Assembly (NCBI GenBank): GCA_004563595.2
Contig: CP042461.1
Location: 750,001 to 782,000, forward strand
Length of the DNA: 32,000 bases
Source: Candidatus Saccharimonadota bacterium
GTDB taxonomy: Bacteria > Patescibacteriota > Gracilibacteria > BD1-5 > UBA6164
Direction: 5' to 3'
The notes under the pieces were generated by a model. It was not told the DNA's origin. It searched no databases and saw only the letters and a list, made by a program, of their open reading frames with translations. The translations under genes and the position numbers were made by a program. This document shows positions 30,311 through 32,000 of the stretch, in pieces (position 1 is the first letter of the stretch; the number at the start of each line of letters is the position of its first letter).

Positions 30311-30342
30311 AAAAAAAGCCGGAAAGTAATTTTCGGCTTTTT
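30311..30342. terminator. Bidirectional terminator between the 87-aa ORF and ahcY
   Basis: A7, then GCCGGAAA-GTAAT-TTTCGGC, then T5. Confidence 0.65.
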
Positions 30343-30359
30343 GCTATTTTGAGTTCTTT

Positions 30360-31763
<1,404 letters not shown>

Positions 31764-31782
31764 ATTTATTATAATAATGTAA

Positions 31783-32000
31783 TTAAAATTTTATATCTAT
31801 TTGGTAATTTTCTTTCATTGTTTTTTCAATCATTTCAAGATGGATTGAATGGTTTTGACCTCCATGGGATTGTACACACTCAGCTCAACAGATTGATCAA
31901 ATTTTTGCTGATGTTTCAAAGTCATATCATCACTTCAATCATATAATTAATCCTGCTCTAAAAGCATCTCATGCACCTGTTGGGTCAACAACTTTTTCAA
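31783..32000 (-). CDS. PfkB-family (ribokinase/adenosine kinase-like) kinase, C-terminal 72 codons; the 5' end lies beyond the window
   Basis: [50 protein letters not shown] contains the PfkB signature DPTGAGDAF. Ends at TAA 31783-31785. Confidence 0.7.

Overview
Under the standard code, this AT-rich 32-kb window looks like a field of 60-170-aa ORF fragments. Read with TGA = glycine (translation table 25, the code known from Absconditabacteria/SR1 and Gracilibacteria), it resolves by hand translation into about 29 intact, tightly packed genes. These are valS, topA, dnaB, dprA, glyQS, ychF, dus, htpX, idi, ahcY, an RsmB/F-like methyltransferase, chorismate mutase, a truncated polA-like gene, and several secreted or membrane proteins. 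The evidence for Gly is direct. TGA sits at invariant glycines (P-loops, the HIGH motif, SPDG propeller blades) and alternates with GGG/GGT at the same position in paralogous repeats, while TGG still encodes Trp. Most long + strand ORFs in the supplied track are antisense shadows of these genes. Nearly every gene ends at TAA or TAG followed by a clear intrinsic terminator hairpin. The main anomaly is a 2.4-kb, three-gene island (about 15171-17534) between dus and dnaB. By hand count its 42 Gly codons include no TGA, whereas about 54% are TGA in both flanking genes. All three island genes carry strong Shine-Dalgarno sites that native genes lack. Each has its own TTGNNN-N16-TATANT promoter (TTGACA/TTGCAT/TTGTAT with TATAAT/TATAGT) and terminator, and one ends on TGA exactly where a standard-code gene would stop. 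The island encodes a lipoprotein with a beta-propeller and two divergent 124-aa CPxC proteins of unknown function. A second point of interest is a T-box leader upstream of glyQS with a clear antiterminator/terminator switch but a very short Stem I. This raises the question of which tRNA-Gly a recoded cell monitors. No rRNA, tRNA, CRISPR array, transposase or integrase was found. All coordinates, translations and codon counts were done by eye and should be recomputed.
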